The notes under the pieces are model-generated. The model saw nothing but the letters and a program-made list of their open reading frames with translations, made no database searches and had not been told where the DNA came from. The position numbers were made by a program, and so were the translations under genes. Below, in pieces: positions 1-11,618 of a stretch of DNA of 64,000 nt (position 1 is its first letter; every line of letters starts with the position of its first letter). The DNA is from Diplonema japonicum (Eukaryota > Protista > Euglenozoa: Diplonemea), in contig OZ025660.1 of the NCBI GenBank assembly GCA_964019335.1, positions 124,001 to 188,000 on the forward strand, read 5' to 3'.

Positions 1-232
1 TCTGTGTCATGCACGGTAGCACTGTGACCTGCATGCCGTTCTTCTCCCACACGTTGATCTTCCCCTCAATTTTGCCCTCCATCTTTCCCTTGTTCACCCA
101 GAAGACATCGTCGGTGTGCACGCCGTGTGCCTTCGTCTTGTGCCTTATGCTGAACTCCCTCCCGCCTGTCTTTGCTAGCACATCTTGAACAGGTCCCAGC
201 AGCTCTTTGAAGGTAGGGGGGATGGCGGCCAT
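1..232 (-). CDS. 5' part of a probable eukaryotic porin (VDAC-like); runs off the window edge
   Basis: Not in the ORF track; hand-translated from ATG 232: MAAIPPTFKELLGPVQDVLAKTGGREFSIRHKTKAHGVHTDD... This resembles the VDAC N-terminal helix (PPTyaDLgk.a.Dv..K) followed by beta strands. Confidence 0.5.
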   Translation of the reverse strand, partial: MAAIPPTFKELLGPVQDVLAKTGGREFSIRHKTKAHGVHTDDVFWVNKGKMEGKIEGKINVWEKNGMQVTVLPCMTQ

Positions 233-3084
233 GTTTTCCCTGTTTTTATGAAACTGTAGTGGGACAGGGAATGAGAGGGGGGGGGAAAGAAAAAAAAGGA
301 CAGAAATACAGAACCAGATGAAGTGAGAGAGAACAACAGAATGCACAACGCGTGATGGGGGGAGGGGTGCCCACCCAAGAAGAAAAACGGTATGAAAACC
401 AATAGGGACACAACAACAGAGAAGAAAAACTAGCGGGTGGAGAGGGGGTCAGATGGGGCGTGGGCTACCTTTCCAATAAAAAAAAAAAAAAAGACTACCT
501 CCAAAGAGAGATATTTTGTAGACCTAAAAATATAAAAAAAAAAGGAAACTGGAGTTTACCCCATAGACTTCAAAAAAAAGGGATTTTGCGTTACATAAGG
601 TAATAATAAGGGAACACGTGTTATCACACTCTTCATCACCCCCCCAAAAAAACGGGGGGGGGAAATCAGAAAGAGAAGTGATACACAATCTTCTTTTTAT
701 TCTAAGAAAAAAAAAGAGAGGAACTGGCTTGTTTTGCACGTGTCGGGTAGAAACCTGGATAAGTTCATAGCCGTATAAACACATTGCTAGCCTCCCCCCC
801 CATTTGTTTAGACAAGCCAAACGACTCGCTCTTACAAAAAGAAAAAAAAGAGAAAAAAAATACATATGGACTGCCGGTATCAATAAATCAAATGGCCGAT
901 TGTCAAAAGGAAACAATGGAGTGAGGGAGAGAGAGAGTGCACTATAGAAATACAGCCACGTAACAAGGTAGTTGCGGCCTTTAAGATCTTCTCCACCAAA
1001 AGCCCCCCTTAAAAAAAAAAAGACTCCATAATTGGCATTACGGTACATAATGACCTCTGATGGCGGCAGTGAATAGAAATAACAAGATATTAGGTAGAAC
1101 AAAAAAAAATTCTTTTGCTTGTACGTAACAATCACACTTTCTCCCCCTTAGTAGGGAAAAAAAAAAAAGTGGCCTCTTCTTTCTTATTCTTCCCCCTTTT
1201 CTTTTTCCTGCCTGTCTTTTTTCTTTTTCTTTTTCTTTTTTTTTTTTAGAGAAAGAAATGAAGTATAAAAAAATAGGAAAAAAATTATTTAAGCTTTCAC
1301 ACACATTTTGATTGGGGTGTGGGGGGGGGGGTTCTTTTTTCTTTTTCTCCCCCTCCCCAATCTTTTCTCTTTTTTTCTCGGGGAGAAATACAAAAAAAGA
1401 AGGGAGGGAAACTAGATTTCTTTGGGTTTGTTTGTGGGTTTAAAACACACTGCTAAAAACCCCTCCTTTCTTTTTTTTTTCTTCTTTTCGTTAGACAAAA
1501 AAAAAAGTATTATAAAAAGAAAAAGAACTGCTGGAAAAAAAACACTATGATAGGGGGGGAAATGTGTTTATAAAAAAACACTTGCTAATGGTAGAGAATC
1601 AGGAAATGTGAGTTGAAACGTGCAATTCTTAAAAAAAGCCCCTTCCACTCCACTGTGTCTCATTCTCTTACCTTCTATTCTCTCTTGGGTTAGTGGGGAG
1701 CGGGCTTTCGGAGGCCTTTATTTTCTTTCGTTTTTCTTGTATCCCTTTTCCTGTGAAAATAAGCCCGGCAACCCCGTTCTTTTTTTCTTTTTCTTTTTTT
1801 GTCTTTTTCTTTCTTCCTCAAAATGTAAAGTGTGCGCAGAAGCTTCTTTCTATTCTTGACCTTAAAAAAAAGGAATCGAAGGCAATGGGCCTGTAATACC
1901 TGTTGCATGCTGCTGGGAGCCTGTAGAAAATAAGCCCCAGCGACCTACCATGAATCCTTCTTCTTTTTTCGTTCTTTTTTTCCCCCTTCTTTTTTTCTAT
2001 GAAAAAAGTTTTTCTTTTTTCTTCCGTTTCGTTCTTTCCACCTTTTCTCCCCCCCCACCCACAAGATAATTCGTAAATGACCCGCTTAAGGGGAGGTGTC
2101 ACTACACCTAGACCCGGCTAAAGGTCTTGCTGCCCCCTTGTCAAAAAAAGAAATACTGAGATGGCGTCCAGTGGATGGATGTTGCCCACCCAGTGATAAT
2201 TCTCAAAAAAGAAAAAAAAAGAAAAAAAAAAAAACCTCCCAAAAAAGGGTTATAAAGAAAATGACTAATGTGAGTATCCAAGAAGGAGACAGCAGTTTTT
2301 TATTTTTTTATTTTTTTTTATTTTTACTTTTATTTTTTTTTTTATTATTTCTTGTCACATGTCAAGATCGCAAAAAAAAAGAAAAAAAAACTTTTTTTAT
2401 TTTGAAAGATCGCACCTGTTTTGGTTGATGCAGGAAAGAGTCCCCAACCTCTCTATAATGACGCGACCTGTATACCAAACTCAGTGTTAAATACGTACAG
2501 GGAAGGAAAAAAAAAACTTAAATAAAAGCTATCACACAGGTTCGCATTAAACACCTTTCACGATATACAGTCACCTTCCTTACTCGATTTCCTCTTTCTT
2601 TCCCTTTTTCTTTTTTTTTTGTTGCATATGCACACTTGTCTCTGGCATCTTGGTCGATATATTGCGAAAAGACAGGGCACTTTTCTTTTTTTCTTTTTCT
2701 TTTTTTTTAAAAAAGTTTTTTGTCTCTACATCGTGGGGAGGGTAAAAAAAAAAAAAAAAACAAGAATTGCTTCCTTAACATCTTTACGTGGGAAGGAGGA
2801 CATCCCTCGCCACCATTGGCTGGGGTGGGAAAATAAAAAAAAATAAAATAAAAAACAAGGAGGAGAAATAAGACGCACCACTGGCCAAAAGCCACGGAGA
2901 CGGTGATCACCTTTTGTAGGCAACAAGTAAAGAAATCTCTTTTTTCAAAAAAAAAAAAATCACTGTGACAAAGGTGGAAGAAAGAAGAATTAAAACTGTA
3001 TAAATGGGGGGGAGAGGGGTCATACCAAAATGACCTACCTCAAAAAAAAAATTAAAAAAATAAGCTAATAAGCTAATAAAAAGG

Positions 3085-5502
3085 CTATTCCTCGTCCGAA
3101 ATCGCAGAGCAGCTGGTCATGGTAGCAAGGGCCATATCAATCTCCTCGTAAGGGGGGTTGGCTGCCCCATCGATGTACTTTCTGAGGGTTTCAACGCCAA
3201 CGACGGCCTTGTCAGTGGTGAAATGCACAATGGGGGTGACAGTGTCATCATGAAGACAGGGGTTCCTGTAGGCCTCGGCTGCAGTGATGCGCTTCTGCGG
3301 GTCAGCGCAGAGCATGCCGCGGACCATATCCATCAGCAGCGTGTCTGAAGTGTGTTTGAAGGACAAGTCCTCCATGGTAGGGAAAGCCCCTCTCTCTAGC
3401 AGCTGGTAGATGACGACGCCCATGGAGTACACGTCAGAAGGCTTCCCGTGGTCCTCTTCAGGTGCTTTGTACTCGTCAACGTTGTATGACTTCTCAAATG
3501 GCATCGTGGAGTCGTGCTCGTACACATATGTGTCCCACTCCCCTTCCTCCCCGTCCTTGCTTGCCTCCATTGTGTATACTGCACGTGCTTGGCCTAAGCT
3601 TTTGTTGAAGAGAAACCCCTCAACGCTCCGTACCGTCGATACCATCACCTCCTTCGCTGCCTTCTTCACCTCATGCACTTCGATGATCTCACCGACTGAG
3701 GCGCCGCGTCCCTTTGCAAGTTTGTAGGCCTCGTACACCGGGCGGCTCCTCTCCGCATGCTCGAACCCCGTCACGATCATCTTGTCTTGCTCCTCGTTCA
3801 TGTTGATGTTCTGCGGGTTGATGCTCCTGTGCACGATGCCCTCCCTGTGCAGGAACGTCAGCGTCGACAGCAGCTGTCTGATATATCGTATCCTGTTGAA
3901 GGACCTGCGCTTCACTGTCCCCGTCTTGATCTTCTTGTAAAGCGTGTCGCCTGCCACTAGGTCGCTCACCGTGTACAACGTTCCCTCCCCGTCTTCAAGG
4001 ATCTCCTGCACGCGGCTGATGTAGTCCGAGTCTAGTGCCCCGAGCACCATCACCTCCTTCTCGAGCTTCTGCACTGTTTCAGTGTTGGTCATGTCGAGGG
4101 CACGGATCGTTCTGTACTTCCTACCAGTTCCTTTCATGCAGGTGCATGAGTGTGTGGTGCCCAAGTAGTCCTTCCCGATAGGCACCCCGAAGACATAGTC
4201 CCCCACAACAGGTGTGCTGGAGTCATAGACACTCGTGCTACTTCTATAGGAATCGGAGCCTGACTTCCCCAAAGCCGTGCAGCTGTTGAGCCATGGGTGC
4301 ATGAGGACCTCCTCTGCTGTCAACCTCTTTGTAGGGTCCAGGACGATCATCTTCTGCACCAAATCTACGGCATCAGCAGACACAGCCCTCAGCGGCTCCA
4401 TGGAGTAGTCTGCCGTCCTTATCAAACCGAACAGTGCCGTCATCTTCCCCCTGCTTGTGAGGGTTCGGTCGCGGCATACGAATGGCGGTCTGCCAGTAAG
4501 CAGTTCGTAGAGGGTGACACCAGCCGACCATATGTCAACTGGGGTCCCTCTGTAAGGGCCCTTCGAGTCAACAGAGAAGATCTCGGGTGCAACGTATTGC
4601 GGCGAGCCGTACGGGTCCTCCAGGAAGGCACTGTTAGGGCAGAGTGCTGCAAACCCAAAGTCAATGAGCTTGGTCTCACCTGTCATGCTTGAGACGAGGA
4701 TGTTCTCAGGCTTGATGTCCCTGTGGATCACGTTGTTGAAGTGGCAGTGGTGGATGGCTTCCATCAGCTGCTTGAAGTACATCTTCGCTTTGAACTCGCT
4801 TAGCTGCTTGGTGCGCAGTGTCTTTTGCAAGTCGTTGCCTTTGATGTACTCCAGCACGATGTGCACGTACCGTGCGCTCTCGAGCACCTGCTCCAAGTTG
4901 ATGATGCAGCGTGGACCAGAGATCTGGGACAGCATCCGTGCTTCTGCCCACACGTGCTTGTCAAGCTGCTTGGTCGATAATTTGTTTTTATCGAAAACCT
5001 TGATGGCGAAGACCTTGCGGGTGTCCTTCCGTGTGGCTGAGAAGACCACGCCGTAAGCTCCCACACCAATGCGAGACATCAGCTTGTAGGGACCCACCTC
5101 TTCGATGAGGTTAGTGTCTGGCGACAGTCGCTCTTGCGTCTGCACGACGTAGGAACCACCTATGATCCTGGTCCGCGGTGTGTGGGGTGAGTCGAGCCCG
5201 GTAGGTGACCCTGTGCTGGAGTACAACATTTGAACATTCAGTGGGGTTGCCGGGTTCAAGGAAGGATTGAGCGGTGTGGTAGGCACCAGACCCGTAGTGC
5301 GGGGCGTAAGCAGCCCCCCCCTCCCATCAGCCCCCCGTGGGGACGGTGCCCTCCCATTGAGCGTGTTCTTCCTGCCTGGCAGCAGCACGCCGTTGCTGTC
5401 GGTCAAGCGGTCGGCCTGCACCTCTCTCCTCTTGAAACTCGACTGTCTATTGCGCTCCTTTCGTACATTAGGGGGCTCTTCTGCTGCACAGCAGTTCCCC
5501 AT
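3085..5502 (-). CDS. N-acylated protein kinase: CAMK-like active domain plus a C-terminal pseudokinase domain
   Basis: Start MGNCC (myristoylation/palmitoylation) lies after a CAG acceptor at ~5511. Domain 1 has GVGAYG, AIK, HRDIKPEN, DFG, APE and DIWSAG. Domain 2 has HRSINPQN, TGFE, APE and SDVYSMG. The poly-F extension to 5562 is a homopolymer artefact. Confidence 0.92.
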   Translation of the reverse strand: MGNCCAAEEPPNVRKERNRQSSFKRREVQADRLTDSNGVLLPGRKNTLNGRAPSPRGADGRGGLLTPRTTGLVPTTPLNPSLNPATPLNVQMLYSSTGSPTGLDSPHTPRTRIIGGSYVVQTQERLSPDTNLIEEVGPYKLMSRIGVGAYGVVFSATRKDTRKVFAIKVFDKNKLSTKQLDKHVWAEARMLSQISGPRCIINLEQVLESARYVHIVLEYIKGNDLQKTLRTKQLSEFKAKMYFKQLMEAIHHCHFNNVIHRDIKPENILVSSMTGETKLIDFGFAALCPNSAFLEDPYGSPQYVAPEIFSVDSKGPYRGTPVDIWSAGVTLYELLTGRPPFVCRDRTLTSRGKMTALFGLIRTADYSMEPLRAVSADAVDLVQKMIVLDPTKRLTAEEVLMHPWLNSCTALGKSGSDSYRSSTSVYDSSTPVVGDYVFGVPIGKDYLGTTHSCTCMKGTGRKYRTIRALDMTNTETVQKLEKEVMVLGALDSDYISRVQEILEDGEGTLYTVSDLVAGDTLYKKIKTGTVKRRSFNRIRYIRQLLSTLTFLHREGIVHRSINPQNINMNEEQDKMIVTGFEHAERSRPVYEAYKLAKGRGASVGEIIEVHEVKKAAKEVMVSTVRSVEGFLFNKSLGQARAVYTMEASKDGEEGEWDTYVYEHDSTMPFEKSYNVDEYKAPEEDHGKPSDVYSMGVVIYQLLERGAFPTMEDLSFKHTSDTLLMDMVRGMLCADPQKRITAAEAYRNPCLHDDTVTPIVHFTTDKAVVGVETLRKYIDGAANPPYEEIDMALATMTSCSAISDEE

Positions 5503-5817
5503 GTTGTACCCTGTGTTGAAAAAATAATGAGTGAAAAGCAAAAAAGAAAAGAAGAAAAACAACGAGAAAACTCAACAAGTCTTTAAGAAAAACTCATGTG
5601 GGCAGGGAAAGTGGCTAGCAACGACCAACCAAAAAAAAAAAAACTCGAGCACTGCTCTCATGAAGAAATTCTCTTCACTAATTGGTGACCAGTCATTGTT
5701 CGGGCTGCTTGTCGCGAGGTGGACAAAAATAGAAAAAAAGAAGAGGAAACCAAGACATTCAAGGGATTTTCTGCCTGGTCAATAGGCTAGGGATCAGGGT
5801 AGGGATCAGGGTAGGGT

Positions 5818-6462
5818 TCAGGCGTACATTTCGCGGAGTTGTCGGAGGAAGCCCTCGTTGGGGCGTGCCATGCTGCGCTTTGTTTTGACGAAGGCAAGAG
5901 CGTCCTTAACGTTGGAGAGGCCGTTGTACTTGATGCTGAGGAGGTAGGCGATGACAAGGGTGGAGGAGCGGGACTTCCCTTGGGCACAGTTGACGAGCAC
6001 TGTCTTGCCAGCCTCGCGGTGTTTCGCGATGAAGGCGATGGCACTCTTTATGTCCTTGAGGGGCTCTGTGGGCGTGTCGTCCCAGTTCATTCGTAGAACT
6101 GTTATCAGCTTTGCTTTCTCACCTTCCTCGACCTTCTTCCCTACCAACGGGTAGAAGCTTTCAATGCCCTTCGCTGTTTGCACAGCTGCACTGTATTTGT
6201 AATGCCCTTGCCCCAACTCAAGGAGAGCATTCACACCCCCCAACAGCAGCCCCCCTGTCTCCTCCGTGGCCTCTATAATCACGTTACAAGGCTGCTTGCT
6301 TATCACCGCGCTTATGTAACCTCGGATGTCGTCTTCTGTCACATTGTCCTTCATGTGATCGGGGAGCTCCCTCCCACAGTTCGCGCACTTGGTTTCTCTG
6401 AACCTATTCGGAGACCATAAGGAGCAGTCCGTGGCACCAGTGAAGACAAGCTGGGTGCTCAT
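5818..6462 (-). CDS. Dual-specificity protein phosphatase with an N-terminal Cys/His (C-x12-C-x2-C-x6-H) module
   Basis: Motifs WDD, VNCAQGKSRS (CX5R) and RSMARPNEGF..QL. ATG 6462 follows TACGCAG. A second acceptor with CACTAAC + pyrimidines + CAG lies at ~6561. Confidence 0.9.
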   Translation of the reverse strand: MSTQLVFTGATDCSLWSPNRFRETKCANCGRELPDHMKDNVTEDDIRGYISAVISKQPCNVIIEATEETGGLLLGGVNALLELGQGHYKYSAAVQTAKGIESFYPLVGKKVEEGEKAKLITVLRMNWDDTPTEPLKDIKSAIAFIAKHREAGKTVLVNCAQGKSRSSTLVIAYLLSIKYNGLSNVKDALAFVKTKRSMARPNEGFLRQLREMYA

Positions 6463-6612
6463 TATACAACCTGCGTATGTATTATAGAGGCAGGTGTAAA
6501 ACGTGCAGGGGATCGAAGACTGAGCCATCACTACGGATGACCCTTTTCTGCCTTGCAAACCTGCAAGAAAGGTTAGTGAAGGGAAAAAACGGGGGGGGAA
6601 GTTCTCTTTGTT

Positions 6613-8268
6613 TCATTCGTTCTCTTTGCTCTTGGCGGCAGCAGCTGGCGTCACGGCACCGGTTTTGAGACCGCTAGCCATGCTGGAGTCCATACTGAAC
6701 AGCCTCTTGATGTGCGAGCGGTACGTGGCACGGAGGACAGAACCGTGGTGCTGTGTCATGGGTTGGTAGTAATCGCCCCACATACCTCCCACACGAGATT
6801 CTCTAGTTCGGTGGCGAGCTCCTCAACAGCAGATGACGTCGGCTCGTCTTGCAGGATGACGCCTGTCAGCCTCTTGATCACCTCGGTCCGTATCTTCGTC
6901 GCTCGTGACAAGTGCTGCATAACAAGTCACATCACAAGTAAACATACCTCAGCAGGATGGTTACCCCCCACTGGGCTGGCCACCTTTTGCTTTTTTGCAT
7001 CATTCTCGTCTCCCACTGAGTCCCTCTGTGGTGCGTGCAGAATAAACAGCAACATACTTTTCTCTTGACATCCTTGTCTTCAGTCTTTTGCACCACTTCG
7101 GGCTTGGCTTTTGCTTCTTTTTTAGGTGCAGGTTTGGCTTTTGCTTCTTTCTCTTTTTTTGGCGCCGGTTTTTTGGCAGCCTTTGGAGGGGCTTTTTCAA
7201 GCTGTGATTAGGCTTAAGGTACTTAGCTTGCATGCATACCGCGACGTAGCGCACGGCGCAACCTTCTGACACACCGTTGGACTGCAGGGTGCCTGACTTC
7301 ACTTCCTTCCCGTTCCACACGAGTGTTGCCTTACCGGTGACGTCCTTGTCCGCGCTCACATGGGCAACAAAGTCCTGCACCTGCATTGTAGCCTCGACAG
7401 TGTACTTGCACGGTTCGCATCCTATTTGCTTTACTTCTACCGTCACCTTGCTGCTTTTCTCAGGCTCAGGCTCGGGTTCGGTCTCAGGCTCGGGCTCATA
7501 CTGAGGCTCCAAGGCAGCAACAGGTTCAGCACACTGTATCTGCGACACTGTTTGACTGTTGGAAAACAAGGCAGGAATCGCCTCCCAGGACTGCGTGACA
7601 GGGGCAGGGACGGACGAATGTTCAGGCTCGTCTACTTCGGTCTTCTGCGAGTCTTCGTCATCGTCTACAGTCGAGGGCACTGCTATCCTCTTCGCATCTC
7701 CTGCAACCTTGCTAGTCTGTTCCACTGCTTGTTGCTTCTGCTGCTCCTGCTTCGCCTGATCCTGAGCACTTACTTCTTCCTCTTCACTTGCTTCCTCTAG
7801 CACAGGTACATCAATAGCCTTCGGATCGCTAGATTCGATTATCTTCTTAGCAGGCAGGCTGTCGTTGCTGTCAGGGAGGGGGCTACTATTGGGAATGGGA
7901 CTGCTATCGGGAAGGGGACTGCTTTCAGGAAGGGGATTGCTGTCGGGATCGATCCTGTCCTCGTCCTCCGGATGTGCAGCAAGGACGTGAGAGGTAACAA
8001 GGTACTTCAGGGGAAGTCTCTCTGCAGCACTAACATTGGGGTCGTGTTTGAAGACCTCGCCGCACATGGGGCAGCACACCTCGTCACAGGTGTCCTCTGC
8101 CATCCCCAGTGGGTCGTTGTATGCGTCATGCCCCCCTGCGTCTGCTTCGGAGTCCGACTCAGAAGTAGTCTCGCTCTCCAGCTCCCACTCCTCCTCCTCG
8201 GAGGACTCGCGTCTCCTGCCTCTCCCCCTGCCCCTGCCCCTTGCTGACCCACTTGCCCGGCCTGGCAT
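6613..8268 (-). CDS. Acidic protein with a CxxC..HxxxxH zinc finger, a ubiquitin-like domain and a C-terminal TFIIS-central-like helical domain; 4 introns
   Basis: Predicted GTATG..CAG introns at 7202-7239 (38 nt), 7026-7057 (32), 6915-6947 (33, in-frame stop) and 6751-6785 (35). Removing them gives a continuous frame ending ...ELATELENLVWEHHGSVLRATYRSHIKRL...KSKENE* at 6613. The Ubl region is VTVEVK...LVWNGKEV..GTLQSNGVSEG. Confidence 0.75.
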
Positions 8269-8363
8269 TTATCTGCAAGACAGTTTTGCTGTCATTAATT
8301 TCTGTAAAAAAACGAGCAAAAAACATGGCAAACAACTGTTAAGTTGTTTGAATACAAATCTGC

Positions 8364-10112
8364 TCAGCCGTCCCGTCCCCGGGTGTTGGCTGCATCTGCA
8401 TAGGGAGCTGGATCACCAACCCAACGAACGGCTCCCTTCTTTTTTCTCTCCTTCTTCGGAGGTGGCACAACTATATCTTGCTGCTTCTGCCGTATCTTCT
8501 CCCGCAGCTCCTTGAGGGACACCGCAGTGTCGAGCTGACAGGAGGACTTGTGCTTCACCTGCTGAAGTGAAAGGAGCTGCTGTTTCCGGAGGTTAACACG
8601 CGCGGCTCTCGCTTTCGGAGGTGTCGGGAGCAGCAGGTGTGGGTCATGCTTGAAGACACTGGGGTCGGAAGCCGGTAAGGCCTCTGTGCCAGTGGGTGGC
8701 TGGTCTTGTTTAACAGAGCAGCTGCCTCCGTTGTAGTGGTTGGTGATGCACTTCTGCCGCTTGGTGTTGTACTTCGGAGGGAGCATGGTCTCCTGGGCGG
8801 AGACTGGCTTCTTAGAGCTGATATGCGTGTACACACCTAGCTCTGAGGGGTGGCACCACCCAAGCTTTAGCAGATCCCTCTTCTCCTTTTCCTGCAACGT
8901 TTCTAGAACCACCCTTGGTGTGGGCTTTCCCCACGTCTTGTCATTGTCGGGGACATCGATGCTGCTGAAGGTGTCCTCCACGACAGTCTCGAAGTCTGTC
9001 TTCTCTTTGTTCGGGTGGAGGAAGGACGAAGACAGCTTCCGTGTTTTAAGGTCTTGTTCCATGGCCTCAAGATAGTCGATTCCTTTGTACATAAAGCGTT
9101 CGCCGTGTGACCTGACCCAGTCCTGGAGGGTGGGAAAGAGGATCCTTTCCATGGCGAGGAGTCTGGAGTAGGCTGTCTTCCGGAACTGGGACTCCTTGAC
9201 GAGCTTTTGCGAGTCGCCGAAGAGGCGGAGGGGGGACTCGGCGCTAGCTTCAACGTTCTTGATGAGCCCGATAAGAGCCTGCCGGTCGTCAATGAGACGC
9301 AGCTTCTTCTTTATGTCTTCTTGGTAGACCTTTTGGTGCTGTTCTTCAGCAGAGAGGTATTCCTTGCGCTTGACGAGCTGGCTGACACGGTCTGCGGAGA
9401 GACCGATCTTTGCGAAGTCGCGGGTGCGGAGGAACTCAGAGACACGGAGATCGATGGCAGTGGTTTCGATATTCTCGTTAACGAGATGTTGGCAGATTTC
9501 CTTCGAGAGGCGCAGGATGGCTGACTTGCGGTCGGCCTTGACCTCCTGAAGCTCGGAGATTTCCATTTCCAAACATTTATAGGTATTCGAGGAAATATCA
9601 TGGGTCTTAGTCCCGATAACAAAGGTGTGATTGGGCCGGATGCTGCTGTCGCCTCTTTCGTTGTTCGCGTCTCCGAGTTCGCCGACGAGTCGTGAGCGCT
9701 TTGCGAGGATGTCGTTGAAGAGGCACCTTCGCTCTGTGATCAGTTCTGTCAGCTTCTGGTGTGTGGCGTCCAGAACGTCTATAGCTGCTGTTGTTGACCT
9801 GACCTTTGCTAGTTCTGTTGGGCTGAGGTGGTTCTCTAGACTGATCTGTAGAAGTGAACACATTTCCACTATTTCCTCCCTTCTTTTGTTTAGCAGTGCT
9901 TTTTTTGACTTCTCGTCCTGAACGTCCTTCCACTCATTTTGCAGGTCTTGCACCGCCCTTAGTACCGGGCGTAGGTGCTTTGTCATTTCCTCGTCGCTCT
10001 CCCCACCGTCATACCACTGTGCGAACAGCATTTGCAAATCTTCTTTTAGCTGCCTAAACCCCCTCACGTTGCGCATCGCCCTCCAACTCTGCTCATGATC
10101 ATCATATTCCAT
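8364..10112 (-). CDS. MAP65/Ase1/PRC1-family microtubule bundling protein
   Basis: Coiled-coil N-terminus, then RLFGDSQKLVKESQFRK..YSRL..E..L...L.DW...HGERFMYKGIDY, the conserved MAP65 core. Start taken at MEYDD (10112). Confidence 0.8.
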   Translation of the reverse strand: MEYDDHEQSWRAMRNVRGFRQLKEDLQMLFAQWYDGGESDEEMTKHLRPVLRAVQDLQNEWKDVQDEKSKKALLNKRREEIVEMCSLLQISLENHLSPTELAKVRSTTAAIDVLDATHQKLTELITERRCLFNDILAKRSRLVGELGDANNERGDSSIRPNHTFVIGTKTHDISSNTYKCLEMEISELQEVKADRKSAILRLSKEICQHLVNENIETTAIDLRVSEFLRTRDFAKIGLSADRVSQLVKRKEYLSAEEQHQKVYQEDIKKKLRLIDDRQALIGLIKNVEASAESPLRLFGDSQKLVKESQFRKTAYSRLLAMERILFPTLQDWVRSHGERFMYKGIDYLEAMEQDLKTRKLSSSFLHPNKEKTDFETVVEDTFSSIDVPDNDKTWGKPTPRVVLETLQEKEKRDLLKLGWCHPSELGVYTHISSKKPVSAQETMLPPKYNTKRQKCITNHYNGGSCSVKQDQPPTGTEALPASDPSVFKHDPHLLLPTPPKARAARVNLRKQQLLSLQQVKHKSSCQLDTAVSLKELREKIRQKQQDIVVPPPKKERKKKGAVRWVGDPAPYADAANTRGRDG

Positions 10113-11618
10113 CTTCTTGTGTTGATGAGATGCATTCTTTTGATTGTTCTTTATTGCATTTCTTTTTTTCCTTTTTTTTTGTGGGGGGTGGGAAAAAAAA
10201 AAGAAGAAAAAAAACAACCATACTGCAAGCCTCTCAATTTTAGGGGGGGGTCCAAGAAGTAATTATGGGCCCGCTTTCTTTTCCTTTTCTTCTTTTTTTT
10301 ATTATTCCCGGGAAATCTTTTATTTTTCTTTGGGTGTTCCATTCCCTTGTAGCGACCCTGTCAAGCGTGGAAAGATCGTGTGCATGGGAAAAAAGAAATG
10401 AAGAAGTTTGCAGCACCTTCTTTTTTCCCCTCCCTTCTTTTGCCTCAATCTATGGATGCTCCTCAAAAAAACTGGTGCAACAGATAATGGAAAAAAAAAT
10501 AATAAAAATAAAAGATAAAGGGGGGGGGGTTTTTTTAAACAAGAAAAAGGGGAAAGTAAAATAATGAAATTGAATTTCAAGAACAACTGAAAAAAAGAAA
10601 AAGGGATGTCTCCGAAAGGCAAGTAAGCTGACGGCTCTTATTGCCATAACATGCCTTGTAAATAATAATCACATATTATCTTGTTTCTTTTTTCTTTTTT
10701 TTTTCTTAGAAAGGGAAAAGCTTATAAAAAAAAAAAGTGTCTTTGAAGATTTGTGTTAATATAAAAAAAAACAAAAGAAAAGAAAAAAAAGGTCAGATAT
10801 AAAAAAAAAAATGTCATTAGCACTTAAATAAAAATTGAATTGGATATCAAAAAAAAAAAAAAAATGGGGGAGGGAAGTAAAATAAAGGAGGGCCGCCTCG
10901 TGGGGTGGAGATTATGTTTTGCAGGGAAAAAAAAAAAAAAGAACCAGAAAATGAGAAGTATAAAATAACATCAGGAAAAGTTGAGAAACAAAAAAAGACC
11001 GGGTGTGAAGTTGCACTTTTTTTTATTCTTCTTTTTTTCTTCTTCCATGCAGCATCAACTAACACAGAAGATAATCGTCATTCTGATTCGTCTTCAAGAA
11101 AAAAGAACAAGTAAATCGAAATAGCTTCTTTTCTCTTCTACCACCTTCACCCCCCGCTCTATTCTTCCCCGGCTTTTCACCTCAGCTTTTCGTACTTTTC
11201 CTCTTCAGCACTTTCCTTCTTCCTTTTCTTTTTTTTTTAATTCTTTTCTCTAATATGCTCGCAAGGTAAAAAGAAAATAAAAAGAAAATTTAAAAAAAAA
11301 AAAAAAAACCTTAAAAATAAAAAAAAAATTAATAACCCTTAGGGAATTCTCCGGCAAGCAGCTAATGTAAGTGAACGTTGAACGTGTGAAAAAATAATGA
11401 CACACAAATAAGAAAAAAATAAATAAATAAATAAAAAAAAAAGCATCCACACCCACAGTGCTGCTTGCTATCGTCCCTTAAAGAACTTGTGTAAAGAACC
11501 TGATACTTAATACTAACCTTGTTCCTCCCCCCATGCTTTATATACCCCTTAACCCCTGAAAGCGGTGCCAATAAACAGCTACCAAAATCTAAGCATTGCC
11601 ATCCCCAAAAAAAAACCT

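Noticed and set aside
5787-5822. Telomere-like (TAGGGATCAGGG)x3 repeat at the phosphatase stop
   Set aside because: Only three 12-nt units, not TTAGGG arrays; a simple minisatellite.
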